This document shows, in pieces, positions 39,141 to 52,199 of a DNA stretch of 64,000 nucleotides. The position numbers and the translations under genes are program-made. The notes beneath the pieces are model-generated. The model was not told where the DNA came from. It searched no databases and saw nothing but the letters and a program-made list of their open reading frames with translations. The DNA comes from Octopus vulgaris (Eukaryota). Every line of letters starts with the position of its first letter. Positions within the stretch are counted from its first letter, which is position 1. The stretch is from assembly GCA_951406725.2 (NCBI GenBank), contig OX597815.1:215326001-215390000 (forward strand). Reading direction: 5' to 3'.

Positions 39141-41023
39141 TTATATTGTCTTTGATGAGGTGTTTGTATAGTTTTTGGATAGGTATCGTTGAAACCCGCC
39201 TACCGCATTCGGAAATATTGTTTTCAGTGTATGGTGTTGTGTTTGTGTTATGTGTAAAATTCTAATGTGTTTCGGTGGTGTGGTGTGCGGATGATTGTTT
39301 GTCTTAAAGTCATCCTCACAGATGTCCGTGTTGGATGTAATATAATCCATTAATTTTTTATTGTCTGTGTCTATTGCAGTTAGTTGTGTGTGTGGTTTTA
39401 CGGGTTCATTGCTTTTTTGATTGTTTAGGTGGATGTTGTCCGGAGTTAGATATCTCCCTGCTTTACTTCCTTGTTTGGTGGATTTTTGGGATCTTTTCCT
39501 TTTACTCCCTGTGGCTATTTGCCATTCCGTCGAACTTTCGTCGTCCGACGTATCAGTAGGAGGTAATGGCAAAGCATTTGCATTACTATGTATGCTTGTA
39601 TAAATTGTTGATGTTTTGTGCGGTGTTTGTGTTGTAGTGTTAGGGGTAGAATTTGTCTTCTCGTCACTGTTTTCTGTCTTTTTAATTGTCGTTCTCGGTG
39701 TTGGTGTTGGTCTATTTTTTTGTTGGTTCAGCATGTTGAATTGGTTGTGACGTCAACGGTGATTGTGTTGGTACTGTTTCTTTTCTTGGTGATGTTGTTG
39801 GGGTTTGTTTGCTGGTTTGTTGTTTTTCTTGGCATTGTTCCATAATTGAGTGTGTTGGTGTTGGTGCTGGTGTTGGTGTTGGCAACAAGGGTTTTTTATT
39901 TGTTTTCTGATTTGTTCCTTCTTGTTTTTTCTGTACCAGAGCACACTTGGCAATTAAATGTTCGGTGCTGCCACAGTTGTAGCATCTAGGTTTTTTGCCT
40001 TCTGCTATAATATATAGGCTTAGCCCATTTTCCAAGTGGATTTTATCCGGTAGGCTCTCGATAGAGGCCCCCTCAATCTGTATGGTCACCACTATAGTTT
40101 TTCCACCCCAATTGTCGTTTAGGTACACGGCGGTTACCAAAATATTGATAGTTTTCAAATGATAACAGATTGCCCCTGTTATCCATTTGTTAGGAATCTC
40201 GGGGGGTACATTTTTAATAGTTATTCGACTCACTCTCTGATTTTTGTAGTATGGGACCATGATGATATCAACATTTTCCAAAGACTCAGTAGAGTGAGCT
40301 TTTGCCGCTTCCTGGTTAGGGAAGCGGACCACTACTGTGTTAAACTGGGGACCCCAGTTTATGTATTCTTTTTTTTCATTATGTTTTTAAGCATTTTTCT
40401 ACATCCGTTTTTGTAATCTGTTCATTTAGTTTTTTGTTTTTTCTTATAATTTTGTAAATAATTGTCTTATTTTCTATTTGTTCCTTTATGTGTTGAGGTA
40501 TATGTAGCACTAAATCTTGCACTCTGGTTGTAAAGAGAGCTCTTGTTTCTATTAGCTCCTCGTTCGTGAATTTTACAATCTGTTTTTTCTGACGCAGAGT
40601 GTCAGCGAAATTTACTGGAGATGTTAATTCTTTTATATTAACATCTTCACTATTATATAGTTCATTTTTATTGTTGTTCTTCTTGTTGTGGTTGTTTGTG
40701 TTAATAGTATTCGCGTGAGTTTCATTTTTATCATTTATGTTGGTCGTGGTGGTGGTGGTGGTGGTGGTGGTGGTGGAGGTGGTGGTGGTAGCAGTAGTAG
40801 TCTCGTTGTTGTTGTTGTTGTTGTTGTTGTTAGTGGTGGTGGTGGTGGTGGTGGTGGTGGTGACAGGGCTGTTACCGCAAGTGGTTGCAGCGTTCACTCC
40901 AACGACATTCATGTTTGCACTTTGCGTGCGTACGTTCTTTTTTTCTCCTAGCGTTTCCAGACTAGGAAAATGCTGGTCCATAAAAGAACGCGACCAGCGT
41001 TCTACAATAAAATTTCTCGACAT
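39141..41023 (-). pseudogene. Tx1-like ORF1 (gag-like, CCHC zinc knuckle), frameshifted
   Basis: Three consecutive ORFs; RRM-like VRF..ITIKNVPPEI; CYNCGSTEHLIAKC; Thr/Asn homopolymer tracts. Confidence 0.75.
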
Positions 41024-41219
41024 TTTCTAATGTCGAGAAGAAAATTACACAAATTAAATAGAGTTGAAACTGCCCCAAGAGACGAATTCCTCCCTTGGAA
41101 AAGCACTCAAACGAAAGTTGGGTGCCTTACACACCTTATTTACAAACATTTACACAAAATATGGGCTATAAATAGTCAAAATAAATGATTACCTTCGGAG
41201 CCGAAGTGACAGCACGTCC

Positions 41220-41290
<71 letters not shown>

Positions 41291-41291
<1 letters not shown>

Positions 41292-44200
41292 GTTTCTTTA
41301 TTGGTCACACAGGGCTACAGGGCTGCACACAGATGGGACAAGTTACAAGGTAGAGCTTTTCTTTTGGGGGATCAAAAGAACAAAAGACAAAAAACAAAAG
41401 AAACAAAAAAAGGTGGCGTAGGTTTTCGATCAAAAGGGATCGTAAAAGGGAAAAAAGAACAAAAAAAAAGGAAAAGGAACAAAAGAAAAGAGAAATGAAA
41501 AAAAAGAAGAAAAAAGGGGGAAAAAGGGGAAGAGGAAAAGAAAACGATCAATAGGGATCGTGTATCACAGTGTTATGATGTATGATGTAAAGGGGAAAGC
41601 AAGTAAGGTTTATCCGTGGGAAGAAAAGCCTACGAAAAAGACCACGGTAACCTTGGTCAATATTGTTATATGTTACCACATTTGTTTGCAAGTGGGTAAC
41701 CCTCTGTTTTCAATTTTTGGGTTCATAGGATTATGCTCAAGGTGGCTTCGTCATTCATACGTGCCATCCTTGCTACATTCACCCATCTTTTTTTAAAACA
41801 TTCGCTAGACAAAACTTGCCTCTCTACTCTCACTTTCCTTTTCAAGTGGTACTTGAAGAAGTTGATGAGAGATTGACCAGAGAGGAAAGTGTTTGTCTCC
41901 AATCCTTTCAGACGCGTCCACCAGATACATTCTTTCGCCATAGCCACAATGATGATGAAAATAGCTCTTCCTTCCCGCTTGAAGGAAGGAGGCGTGACAA
42001 TACTGACGATAGACTCAGCTGATAAACCGACTCGTCCCACACGTGACAGCAGTTGTTCGACATAAGCCCACAGGTCGGAAGTTGTTGGACACTGCACCAG
42101 TGCGTGCAGAACGGTTTCGTCGCTCTGGCCGCATCTCGGGCAGGTCGGCCCCGTGTTTCTCGAACCGTGTCTGTAGAGCTTATTCCGAACGGGTAGCGCT
42201 TCTCGGTAGCACTGCCAGGCCAGGGATCTCTGGAAGTTATCCATGGGCCCTGGCCCGAAAGTCGTCCCGAACAGGCGGTTCAGGTACTCCTCGTCGACGT
42301 CTAGGTTCGCCCCAAGCTCGTCGTCGTACCTCCCCTCCACTAATCCCCTATAGAATGCTTTAGTTGTGATGAAGTCACTCAAGGTCGACCCAGGACGGCA
42401 GAGTTGCTTGAGAGCAACGCGACACTCGCGGTGTCATTCGCCCTCTTTTTGATCCACGACTGCAGTTCGGTCATGGAGACGAGCTGCGGGAAAGCGTGCC
42501 TCACAAACGGCGACCACACCTGTTCACCGTCGTCTACGAAGAGCCTGAGATGTCGCAGTCTCAGCGCGTGTCTGCGCATCATCAACCACGGCATGCCCAG
42601 TCCTCCTTTTAACGGGTGTTGACAGCAAATGGATCGCCTGACCATCGGGACGCATCCTTTCCACAAGAAGCGAAAGAGAATGCGTTCTAGTTTGGTGATG
42701 GTAGGGTCGGGACAAGGTACGACGATCAGGCGGTAGTAGATGACGGACGCGATGTACGAGTTCGCCACCTCCGCCCGACCTTTTAGGGACAGTTTCCTTT
42801 CGGCCCATTGCCGGGCGAGAGTGACCACCCTACTCGTTATCTCGTTCCAGTTCTTCTCCACTTGGAGGTCCGGACCGAACCAGACCCCGAGCAACTCGAC
42901 CGGGCCGTCGATCCAGCGTCCCACGACGGAGTCGCTGGTGGACGGCATGGGCTTGCTTCTCCAGGTGCCTAGTCGCAAGCCCACTGACTTTTCCCGGTTA
43001 ATTTTCGCTCCTGTCACCGCTTCGTAGTTTTTCAGTGTCTCGCCGACCTGCTCGATGTGCTCGTGGCTAGACACTATGACGGTGAAGTCGTCCGCTTATG
43101 CAGACACGCTTGTCCCGCATCTCAGTTCTCGCCGGATGCCCCTCAGTGTCGCCAGCTTCCGCAATAATGGCTCGAGAGTCAATACGTATAGAAGCGACGT
43201 GATGGGGCATCCCTGACGGACCGAACGTGCGATGTCGAAAGGTCTCGATAGATGTCCATTTACGCGAATTACCGAACGGATGCCTCTGTACAAAGCGGCT
43301 ATCCAGCCGCGGAAGACGGGACCGAAGCCAGCCGCTCTGAGGACTGCCTCCAAGTATCGATGGTCCACCCTATCGAAAGCTTTCGATTGATCCAAATTGA
43401 TCAGCGCCCCACCCATGCCAGGTTCGTTAACTACCCTGTCTATGATGTAGCGCATCAGGTGGAGGTTGTCATGGATGGTCCGGCCCGGCACGGCGCATGT
43501 TTGCGCCTTGTCGACCAGTTTCTCGATGACAAGCGCCAACCTCTTGGCTAGCACCTTGGCCAAAATTTTCAAGTCTGCATTAAGCAGAGTGATGGGCCTG
43601 AAGTTATCTATTACATTTCCCTTGTTTAGATCTTTCTTCAGCAGTGTTACGGCTCCTCGGCTCACAAAACCAGGAATGCTCCCGTTTTGCTGCCAGTTGC
43701 AGTACACTGCTGCCAAGACGTCTCCAAACAAGTCTGGCATACAATTGTAAAACTCGTAGGGTAGACCATCCAAACCCGGTGATTTGTCCCTCGAGCATTC
43801 TGCCATCGCGTCCTGCACTTCCGCCACCGTGATGGCACCTTCGCAGCACCCTGCCTCTCTTGTCGAGAGTCGTGGTACGCTGTGTAGGTAGGCACTGAAG
43901 TCCACCCTACCTTCTTGCCCGCCACTCGTCTCGAACAGTCGGGCAAAATGCTGTTGAAAGGCCTCACACATTTTACTTGGCTCCAGCAATTCGCGCCCCT
44001 GTTTATCTACCAGAGACCGAATGGTGGCTTTGTTGCCCTGTTGCCCCTCTGCCACCGGGCCTCTCTCGCGGCTCCAACACCTTCGTTCCTGAGAGCACGC
44101 ATCCTAGCTGTGACAGCACACCCTTCGTGTTTGGAGTTGAAGTGTTGGTCGAGGGCCAACCTCGCCGCCAAAACGTCGGATGCGATGCCGCTTCTAATTG

Positions 44201-44320
44201 CCTCTTCTAGCTTCTTAACTAGCTCACCCTCTACTCTATTTCTATCTATGGCTAGTGCTTTGCTGTACCTAATCGCTTCTGCTTTTACTGCTCTCTTGAG
44301 GGCAAACCACCATTTGTTTT
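41291..44320 (-). mobile_element. Tx1-like LINE, second 5'-truncated copy (diverged subfamily) in (GATA)n
   Basis: RT homologous to 35593-38178 with stops and frameshifts; 3' AATAAAGAAAC then (TATC)n; 5' junction into (GATA)n at ~44321. Confidence 0.9.
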
Positions 44321-45254
44321 TGATAGATAGATAGAGAGATAGATAGATAGATAGATAGATAGGTAGGTAGATAGATATGAATGTGTATATGTTTGTGTGC
44401 TTCTTTTTGTCCCCACAACATCACTTGACAACCGATGCTAATATATATATATATGCATGTGTGTGTGTGGGTGGGTGCGATAGTAGATTAGTAGATTGAT
44501 TGCATATTTCTTTCATTATTTCATCAGAGCTCTCTTCATCCAACAATTGCCGATATGGGAATTTTTCGAAATTAACCCTAATTCTAGGAAAAACTTTTTC
44601 TAAAAGAATTCCAATATTATCAGCAAGTACACTATATATCAAAAATTTTATTTAAAAAACCATACTTTCTTTAAGTTAAACGGAAGCAAAATCGAGGGTC
44701 ACATTTGTGTTGGAATAATCCATAGGCATTCGGTTCAGAGTCTGTACGTATGAGCCAAAATACAGTTTGGATGTGATTTGGCTGCTCTTTCTAGCATGTG
44801 GATATCCTGTTTGAAGCCCGTATAATCGGAAGGGGAGGGGGTTGAAGAAGATTGAGATGGCAACCTCAAAAGTCGGGTAGTATGATAAAAGGCACCGAGC
44901 CCATGTTGTAAATTGGTTGATGTTAGGAAGGGAATCTAACCAGAAATAGGAGACCAAAACAGACATTTGAGCGCAGTGCAGTCCTTGGATCCTGTCCAGC
45001 CCAAGCCAGAAAGGAACATGGATGTTAGATGATGATGACAATGAGGATGATGTTATCTACTCTGTTGATGACAATCAAGGAAATGATGAACATGATTATA
45101 AGCAATTTAGAATTGATTTATATATGATTATATGTGTTATTTTTTTTATTTCATCTAGTTTCAGCTCAGGAGATGTGGTCATGCTGGGGCAACGCCATTT
45201 GGTGTTGCTACATAATTCTACTTCACGAATGCTTTTTAGCAACTGCCATTTAAT

Positions 45255-46350
45255 GCATGTGAGTGCTTGATGCAGCTGCCCTCGTCTGCACCTCCTGCAA
45301 CGAAGTTGGTTCATCTGGGACGCCTGACAAGAAGAGGTCCAGCATTATTTTAAAGACACCTGCATCCACCCCATGCAGGTGTCTCAGGGCCATCGGGACA
45401 ATATTAAAGAGCTGTGGATCTCTAAAGCCCAGGTTACTGCAATATCTTGTCCTAAATCTTGATGGCAAATTTGGAGTCCTTGGCACTATACAGTGGCGCC
45501 CAGTTCTAATATTTGTATAACTCTCGGTGCCAACATTTGGGACAAGATCTAGGATCTTCCAGATGTATATTATGGCATATCTTTCCCGCCTACGCTCTAA
45601 GGAATAGAGTCTGAATCTCTTGAGTCTTTCCCAATAGCTTATATGCTGCATAGAGGCTATCTTCTTCGTGTTGCTTCGTTGGATTGCCTCAAGTTCTGCG
45701 ATTAATTTGGCACTGGTTGGTGACCATAACTGAGAGCAATAGTCATTGTGGTTTAGGACAAGTGTCCTCCAGAAAATCATGATGGTTTCCTGGTCTCTTA
45801 TTCTAAAATTTCTAAGAATCCATCCGGTCAGCCGCCTACATTTCATTGCCAATTTAGCAACATGCACATGAAAGGTTGCATCATTACTCATGTAAATGGC
45901 CAGGTCTCGCACTGATTGTGCCTCTGGGATTGCAATCCCTCCAGGTCCAGTGTATGTATTGGGTGTTGCATTTAGTTTTGCATGCTGATAGCACAAAATT
46001 GAAACTTTTCAGCTTTGAACAGCATGCTATTCTTTTCGGCCCACTTGGATATTTCATCCAGCTCAAATTGCAGGTTCATAGCATCTTCAGGGTTCTGTAT
46101 TACTTGTGAAACTTTTGTATCATCTGCAAAACATGTGATCGTGGCTGTCTGCGTGGCTGAGGGCATGTCTGAGAGGGCCATTATGATCAGTAGTTGTCCG
46201 AAAATAGTGCTTTGCGAAATAGGGATCACTATTTGCGTGTCATTGGAGGTGGCCCCATTGGCTACTACCACCTGACTTCCATCCTTCAGAAAGCCATGAA
46301 GCCATTCTCCTAATTTTCCAACTATACCAAGATCACTCACTTTGTGACAT
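45255..46350 (-). mobile_element. CR1-like LINE 3' portion
   Basis: FADDTKV, YCSQLWSP, LEAIQR, YSLERRRER, LDLFLSGVPDEP. Confidence 0.82.
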
Positions 46351-46354
46351 ATAT

Positions 46355-48890
46355 ATGCACAAAGTAAGTTAGGGCTTTTGGATTCAACCTACTAAGGGAT
46401 AGGAATCACAACCGTGCTTCGTGGTCTGCTACCACAACAGCTCCTTTATAGGATCCAGTTAGCTCAAGACATCATCAGGAGGTACCACGTCCAGTTTCGG
46501 CTCCTACTCCTCTACCGTTTTGACGTGGCGGGGCCCCCGTTTCGGAGGTGTCTGCAGATCTGGTGTTGGGTGCATGTCTTCTTTCTTCTTTCTTCTGTTC
46601 CCTGGCCTCTTCAATGTATCGTCAGCGAGTGTCAGCCGGTGACTGACTGACTTGTCAAAATTTACGCTTTAAATACCTGCCGGCAGGCTCCAGCGGGCAG
46701 TCCTAGCAAGTTGTCACGTGACACTGTCTCACTTTAACTGACTAGTGAAGCCGCGTAGTTTTAGCCCGCGCTCTTTCTAAACGACCGTCACCTGTCAGTC
46801 AGCTTGTCTCACCTAATGATGTTATTTCACGCCGGCATGTTTATGACTTTCAAGCCATTTTCGGTCTTCCCGCTTCAGCCATATATAGAAGCTGGCTTTT
46901 TCGACCGCCTCCTGTACTCTCCTTATTAGTTTACGCAGCTCGGGGCTAGAAAAAACAAATCTTCTTTTGAAAAGCGTTGTCATTTTCTTTTCAATAAAGC
47001 CTCTAGCCCCCACTGCCAGGTGATAATATTCGACATTCCATCCCTGTTCTCTGCATTCTTTGATTAGCTTTTCATACCTCTTCTCCTTTCGTTCCTCTGC
47101 ATTGCCGATGTTCTCTTCCCAAGGTAGTGTCACTTCTAGTAAAATTCCCATTCTCCGGTCTCTGTTCCAAAAAACTAAATCCGGTCTTTTTGTTGTTTTT
47201 ATTAGTGGAAATATTACCTGTCCGTGGCCACCTCCCAGTATCCCTTCCATCTTTCGTCTATCTCTTATACTTTACTTGTAGGCCTGGTTTTATAACCATT
47301 TCCCTCCTTGTGGAAGTATACTTTCCTGCGCTTTTCTACTTTTGGGTATTCTCCCCTATTGTACCTCTCGATCTTCTCCTTGAGTGCTGCGCTTATGACG
47401 CCGAGGACTTGATTATGCTGCCATGTATATCTTTCAAGTGCTAGTCTGCAACCTGATAGAACATGTCTAACCGTCGCTTTCTCCCCGCATCTACATTCGT
47501 CGGTTGTTTTTATGTTCCACCGGACTAAGTTCGCCGGTGAGGTAGAACGTCGAAGGTAGACTTTATCAGGAAGGATGTTCTTGCTTGTTCCCAAGCCCAA
47601 AGTTCATTCCATGATATTCTGGTTGGTCACATATTCCTCCCATCTCAAGCACTGTCCCTGTTGACTGCATTGCACCAAATGTACATTTCGCCTGTCTTCT
47701 TCCTCCTTTCTCACTTCATATACTACTGCCTCTTTCATCTCTTTTACACTGCTCTTGCAAAATCGCCTGAAATTTTGCGACCCTAGGCCGGTTCTTGCTT
47801 CTTGAGTCGCTCCGACTATATCTGCGTGCCTTAGTTTTCCGATCGCCCTGTTTACTGCCTCTTCCGCCTTCCATTTCTTCCCTGTTCGTACCTTTGGAGG
47901 GTTTTCCCGGCTGCTCTGATCTTTTGAATACATTAGTGTTCTTGCCTTATATTCTTCGGCGATTGATGTTATTGGTAGTTGCAGTGCGGGTTTTCCATAT
48001 AGTGTAGTTGTATTTAGTGGTTTCGGCAGACCAAACCATTTTCTGATAAACACACTGCATCTTTGCTCCATCCTTTCTACTCTACTCGAGGCTATTTTGT
48101 ACATTTGCAATGGCCACATTATTCTTGGGTACAGCCCAAATTGCAGTATCCAACATTTGAATTTTCCCGGCAGCGTTGTTCTGTCAATTGCCTTTAATCC
48201 TTCTTCTACTAACTCGTGTGTTTCTTTCCCATGCTTCTTATCATTTAATAAATCTCTATACCATCTGCCGAGACTCTTTACTGGTTGTTCTTTCACCGTT
48301 GGTATGTCTTCACTTCCTATCCAAAATTTCACTTCTTCTTGCCTTCCTTTCACGAAAGCCACGCTTCAAGATTTTTTGGCTTTGAATTTCATTCTTGCCC
48401 ATCCTATCAGTTCGTCCAACCGCTGTAACTTTCCCTCTGCTGCTTCTCTACTTTCCGATAATATAGTTACATCGTCCATAAAAGCCCTTAATGGTGTCAT
48501 TGTAACAGCTTTCTCACAGTTTGTAGATCTGAGTAGCATTTCCCTGACTAGCACGAATAAGATGACTGATATCGTGCATCCGGCTGCAATACTTATTTCA
48601 AGCCGTTGCCAATCCATTGTGAACTTTCCTGTTGTAAATCTCATCTTCAGGTTGTCGTAATACGACATGAGCATTCGTTGAACATCTTTTGGAATCCAAA
48701 AGAAGTCCATCGCTGTTTTTATTATTGCGTGCGGAACAGATCCATAAGCATTGACAAGATCTAGCCAAACAATATACAGGTTTGTCTTCTTTTGTTTTGC
48801 ACATGTGATGGCTTCCCAGATGGAAAATGCATGTTCTATACACCCAGGGATTCCGGGGATTCCTGCTTTTCGAATACTATCTCTATAGGA
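46355..48890 (-). mobile_element. Hero/R2-superfamily RLE LINE, 5'-truncated
   Basis: WLDLVNAYGSVPH, AGCTISVILF and AFMDDVT (RT); CRCGE..TVRHVLSGC..HNQVL; RPDLVFW..LLEVTLPWEEN..K..RY (RLE); long 3' UTR. Confidence 0.88.
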
Positions 48891-48914
48891 TGGATATATA
48901 AAGGGAAAAGACAT

Positions 48915-48957
<43 letters not shown>

Positions 48958-48997
48958 CACTCTTTAAATTAGTATCTAATTCTCTCACCCTTATTAA

Positions 48998-49034
<37 letters not shown>

Positions 49035-49185
49035 AGGCATTCTACTCTCAGCTAAAACTGAAGGTAGATAACTATCAATATAGCAGAAGATATTAAAGCT
49101 GTCTATATAACAATCGGGTTGTTTAGGGAGGGGATTAGATATACAACAACAGCAACAACAATAAATGAACATTTCAAAGTTTGTC

Positions 49186-49191
49186 TTTATT
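49186..49191 (-). promoter_or_regulatory. Candidate polyadenylation signal of the RING-death domain gene
   Basis: AATAAA on the minus strand ~240 nt after the stop codon. Confidence 0.35.
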
Positions 49192-49433
49192 TTAAATGTG
49201 AATTTTTAACAAAGGAGCCAAACCAGTGAAAGGATCACTATGTGGTTGATATACCTGCTAGAATTAGCAGCTAAATTCACACGATATCACTGTACAGAAG
49301 GGCATATTGGACAATGTGGTTGTGGGTTCTCTTTGGAAATAGGCATGATGGTCTTAGCTGGTATGTGTTTGATCATAAGTCTCTGTTTGGTCAAGGTTAA
49401 TCTGAGGCTAAACAACAACAGTTACACAGAAAT

Positions 49434-49633
49434 TCACTTTGCGTCTAATGACAGACATTCCATCGCAGCGACACATTCAGCTTCTTCAAGAGCTGCACGT
49501 AATGTTGCGTGTGTCCGTGTTTCTGGGTCGCAATTCCTGAACCATTCGTAAAGCATCAGGTAGCCTTGTTTTACAGCGTCAATAGACTCATCATCAATTT
49601 TCAGTTTAGTTGTATCAACTCCTAAAACTATCG
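49434..49633 (-). CDS. Terminal coding exon: C-terminal part of a death domain
   Basis: Acceptor GTCTTTTGCAG; phase 1; (A)IVLGVDTTKLKIDDESIDAVKQGYLMLYEWFRNCDPETRTHATLRAALEEAECVAAMECLSLDAK*; ML..W / T...L..AL death-fold pattern. Confidence 0.85.
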
Positions 49634-49989
49634 CTGCAAAAGACACAACAATAAGAAATAAATGCAACAACCTTAACAATATTAGCAATAATATAAAAGA
49701 TGTGTGTTGTTATAAACATAACAAAGAAACTATTTCAAGAGAGAAATATAAAAAAATAGCTAAGAAACAAGAAAATTATAAGACATTGTTTTCTATTTCT
49801 AGGGATGATGAGAAAAATAACAAAGTGGTTAAATTAAAGGTGATTTAAAAAAAAACATTAATTGAAATTTACACTTGAGAATCTTTTAAGGTAAACCGAT
49901 GGCAGATGTGTTTGTGAAGGCAAAAGTGTATGAGAACCTAAAGAATCAACATAGGGTACCAACAGGAAAACCATTTGATCCATTCATTT

Positions 49990-51250
49990 CCTCTGCTCAA
50001 TATTTCTGGGAGAGTTGTGGGGATAGAGTCCCCTGGCATTTCTTCCATGGGGCCTATCAGATGTAACCATCATTACATATTTTGGTTGGATTCCCAAGCA
50101 TCAACAACTAAGTCTATGGATATCATCCAACTATTTAGTGCTTGGTCTACCCCTGGGTCTCCTACTCCATTTGTTTGGCTGGAAGAACCTGTCTTGTAAT
50201 TCATTCCTGCGACATTCTGATCACATGTCCTAGGTACCAGAGATGTGAAGAAGTGGCTCAACCTGGAGAGACTCCCAGATCTCTGAACTATACATCCTAT
50301 TGGGTAACATTACTCCAGAGACCCTTCAGAGAAATCCCATATATCTGTCTTAATCTGGCAGATTTCAGATCTGATATTCAAAGGGTCATGAAAGTAATGT
50401 CTCTCTGTGAAATCAATCACCTTGCAAAGTTCCCAAAATGACACTGAAAATCAAATGAATAATGATAGACCAACAGTCGATTATTCTAAAATCAATCCTT
50501 TTTGTCTACTCCAGATTCAATCAATTCTCCTGAACCCATTCAGTATTCTTATGTCTCAGTGAGAGAGAGACCAGCATGGTCTGGCTTCACTTGTGAATAT
50601 TCATTTTCTGGCAAATTTCCTTAAGTCATTCTCTCTTTTTGGATGTGGGGAATATGATATGATTTGGCTGTGTCACCCCTATACTAAGTCTGTTTTTACT
50701 GAAGCATTTACAAACATATGTCATGTGGTAAAGTCATTTCAATATGGCAATATAAAGAGAGAATACCAAACATCCTATGGATACCGTATTTATTACAGTG
50801 GCTTGTAAACGTATCTAACGAGCGAAAGTTAGATACGTCAATTGTATAATACGTATCCATAGGGAATGATTTGTATTTTATTTATTACACACGAATAAAC
50901 GACCATATTTTATTAACCCAATAACTAAATTCTTCACGTTTAGTTGTCTTATGTCTCAGTGAGAGAGAGAGACCAGCCATGGTCTGGCTTCACTTGTGAA
51001 TATTCATTTTCTGGCAAACTTCCTTAAAGTCATTCTCTCTTTTTGGATGTGGGGAATATGATATGATTTGGCTGTGTCACCCCTATACTAAGTCTGTTTT
51101 TACGGAAGCATATACAAACATATGTCATATGGTAAAGTCAAACAAATATGGCAATATAAATTGCAATTATCACTTTCAAACACAATAACCCAATCCCTAA
51201 TGGCTTCCAGAAGACCCTAACTCATGGTCTTTTGATGGAGTAAAGACGAA
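49990..51250 (-). pseudogene. Highly degenerate RTE-like LINE in an intron
   Basis: Minus strand LWYLGHVIRM and RRPRGRP..K*LDDI, GTLQGD-like motif. Confidence 0.5.
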
Positions 51251-51531
51251 CCAAAAACGTTGACATTAACTCAGCTGTTTACCCTTAACATATTTTTCTT
51301 CTTTCTTCCAATATTAAATGCTACTTGTATTTTCTTGTGTATCCATAATTACCAACCTCAGTGGATACTTTATGAAATACCAGTAATATCATTAATAGAA
51401 TTTATTTTGCAGCTAACCATTCCACTGGAAATTAGGAATGTAACCTGTTCTCTTTCATCCTGACAAATGAAATAGCTCAGGTGAATGTAAAATTTATAGA
51501 AATCAATTAGGTAGTGTAATTTTATACTCAC

Positions 51532-51603
51532 CTACTTGCCACCAATCTCTTCCTAACCTCTTAGCCACTCTCAGAAGATCCTTCTCCTTCAGCTCTGGAC
51601 TCC
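51532..51603 (-). CDS. 72-nt exon: N-terminal helices of the death domain
   Basis: TTTATTTCAG | ... | GTGAGT, phase 1-1; SPELKEKDLLRVAKRLGRDWWQV joins in frame to the terminal exon (L..VA..LG..W..+A..LG). Confidence 0.85.
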
Positions 51604-52199
51604 CTGAAATAAATATTTCCAAATTTTATAATTTATACTAAATTTCTTAATCTTTATTCTTGAGGCATGCTTATCATCAATGGTCAACTGGTGACCACTA
51701 TGATTTTGGTCAACCTTTTTAATCTATGTAATAGCTCAATATTTTGGTCCACAACAAAATAGATTCAACTTCTTAAACTTCGTCTCTCTATCAAGACAAC
51801 CTACATAATCTAACAATGTTGTATTTATCACATTTAATTATCATTTGATAAGACTATTTTTCTCACAGTTCTCTATTTCTCTTCTTATATCTGTACCAAA
51901 CCTGTGACATGACTTCACTCACCAACATTTTTCTCATCTTTTGCTTAATTCTAATGTCAAACAAGGTGTTTTCCAAAGACCTAACCACAAATACACGGCA
52001 GACAAATTCATGTAGGATAAACATACACCTGACATCTTTGTTAAGGGTTGATGTTGGTAATCTTGAATCGTAACTCCGCACGTCTCAGTTCACAAGAACA
52101 TCATCTGATTCAGGAAATATTTTAAGACTCCTTAATAAAGAAGTTCTTTAAAATCCTTTATTCCCCAAAAGTTTTGGCTTATCTATTGCTTATAAGATG

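Larger units (their letters stand above)
35277..41220 (-). mobile_element. Tx1-like (L1 clade) LINE, full length, inserted in (GATA)n
   Basis: ORF1 with CCHC knuckle and ORF2 APE-RT; 3' end AATAAAAAG runs into (TATC)n; 5' end abuts (GATA)n at 41221. Confidence 0.92.

Noticed and set aside
36407-44334. Long antisense and alternate-frame ORFs over the Tx1 RT regions
   Set aside because: Expected shadows of GC-rich coding sequence, with no motifs of their own
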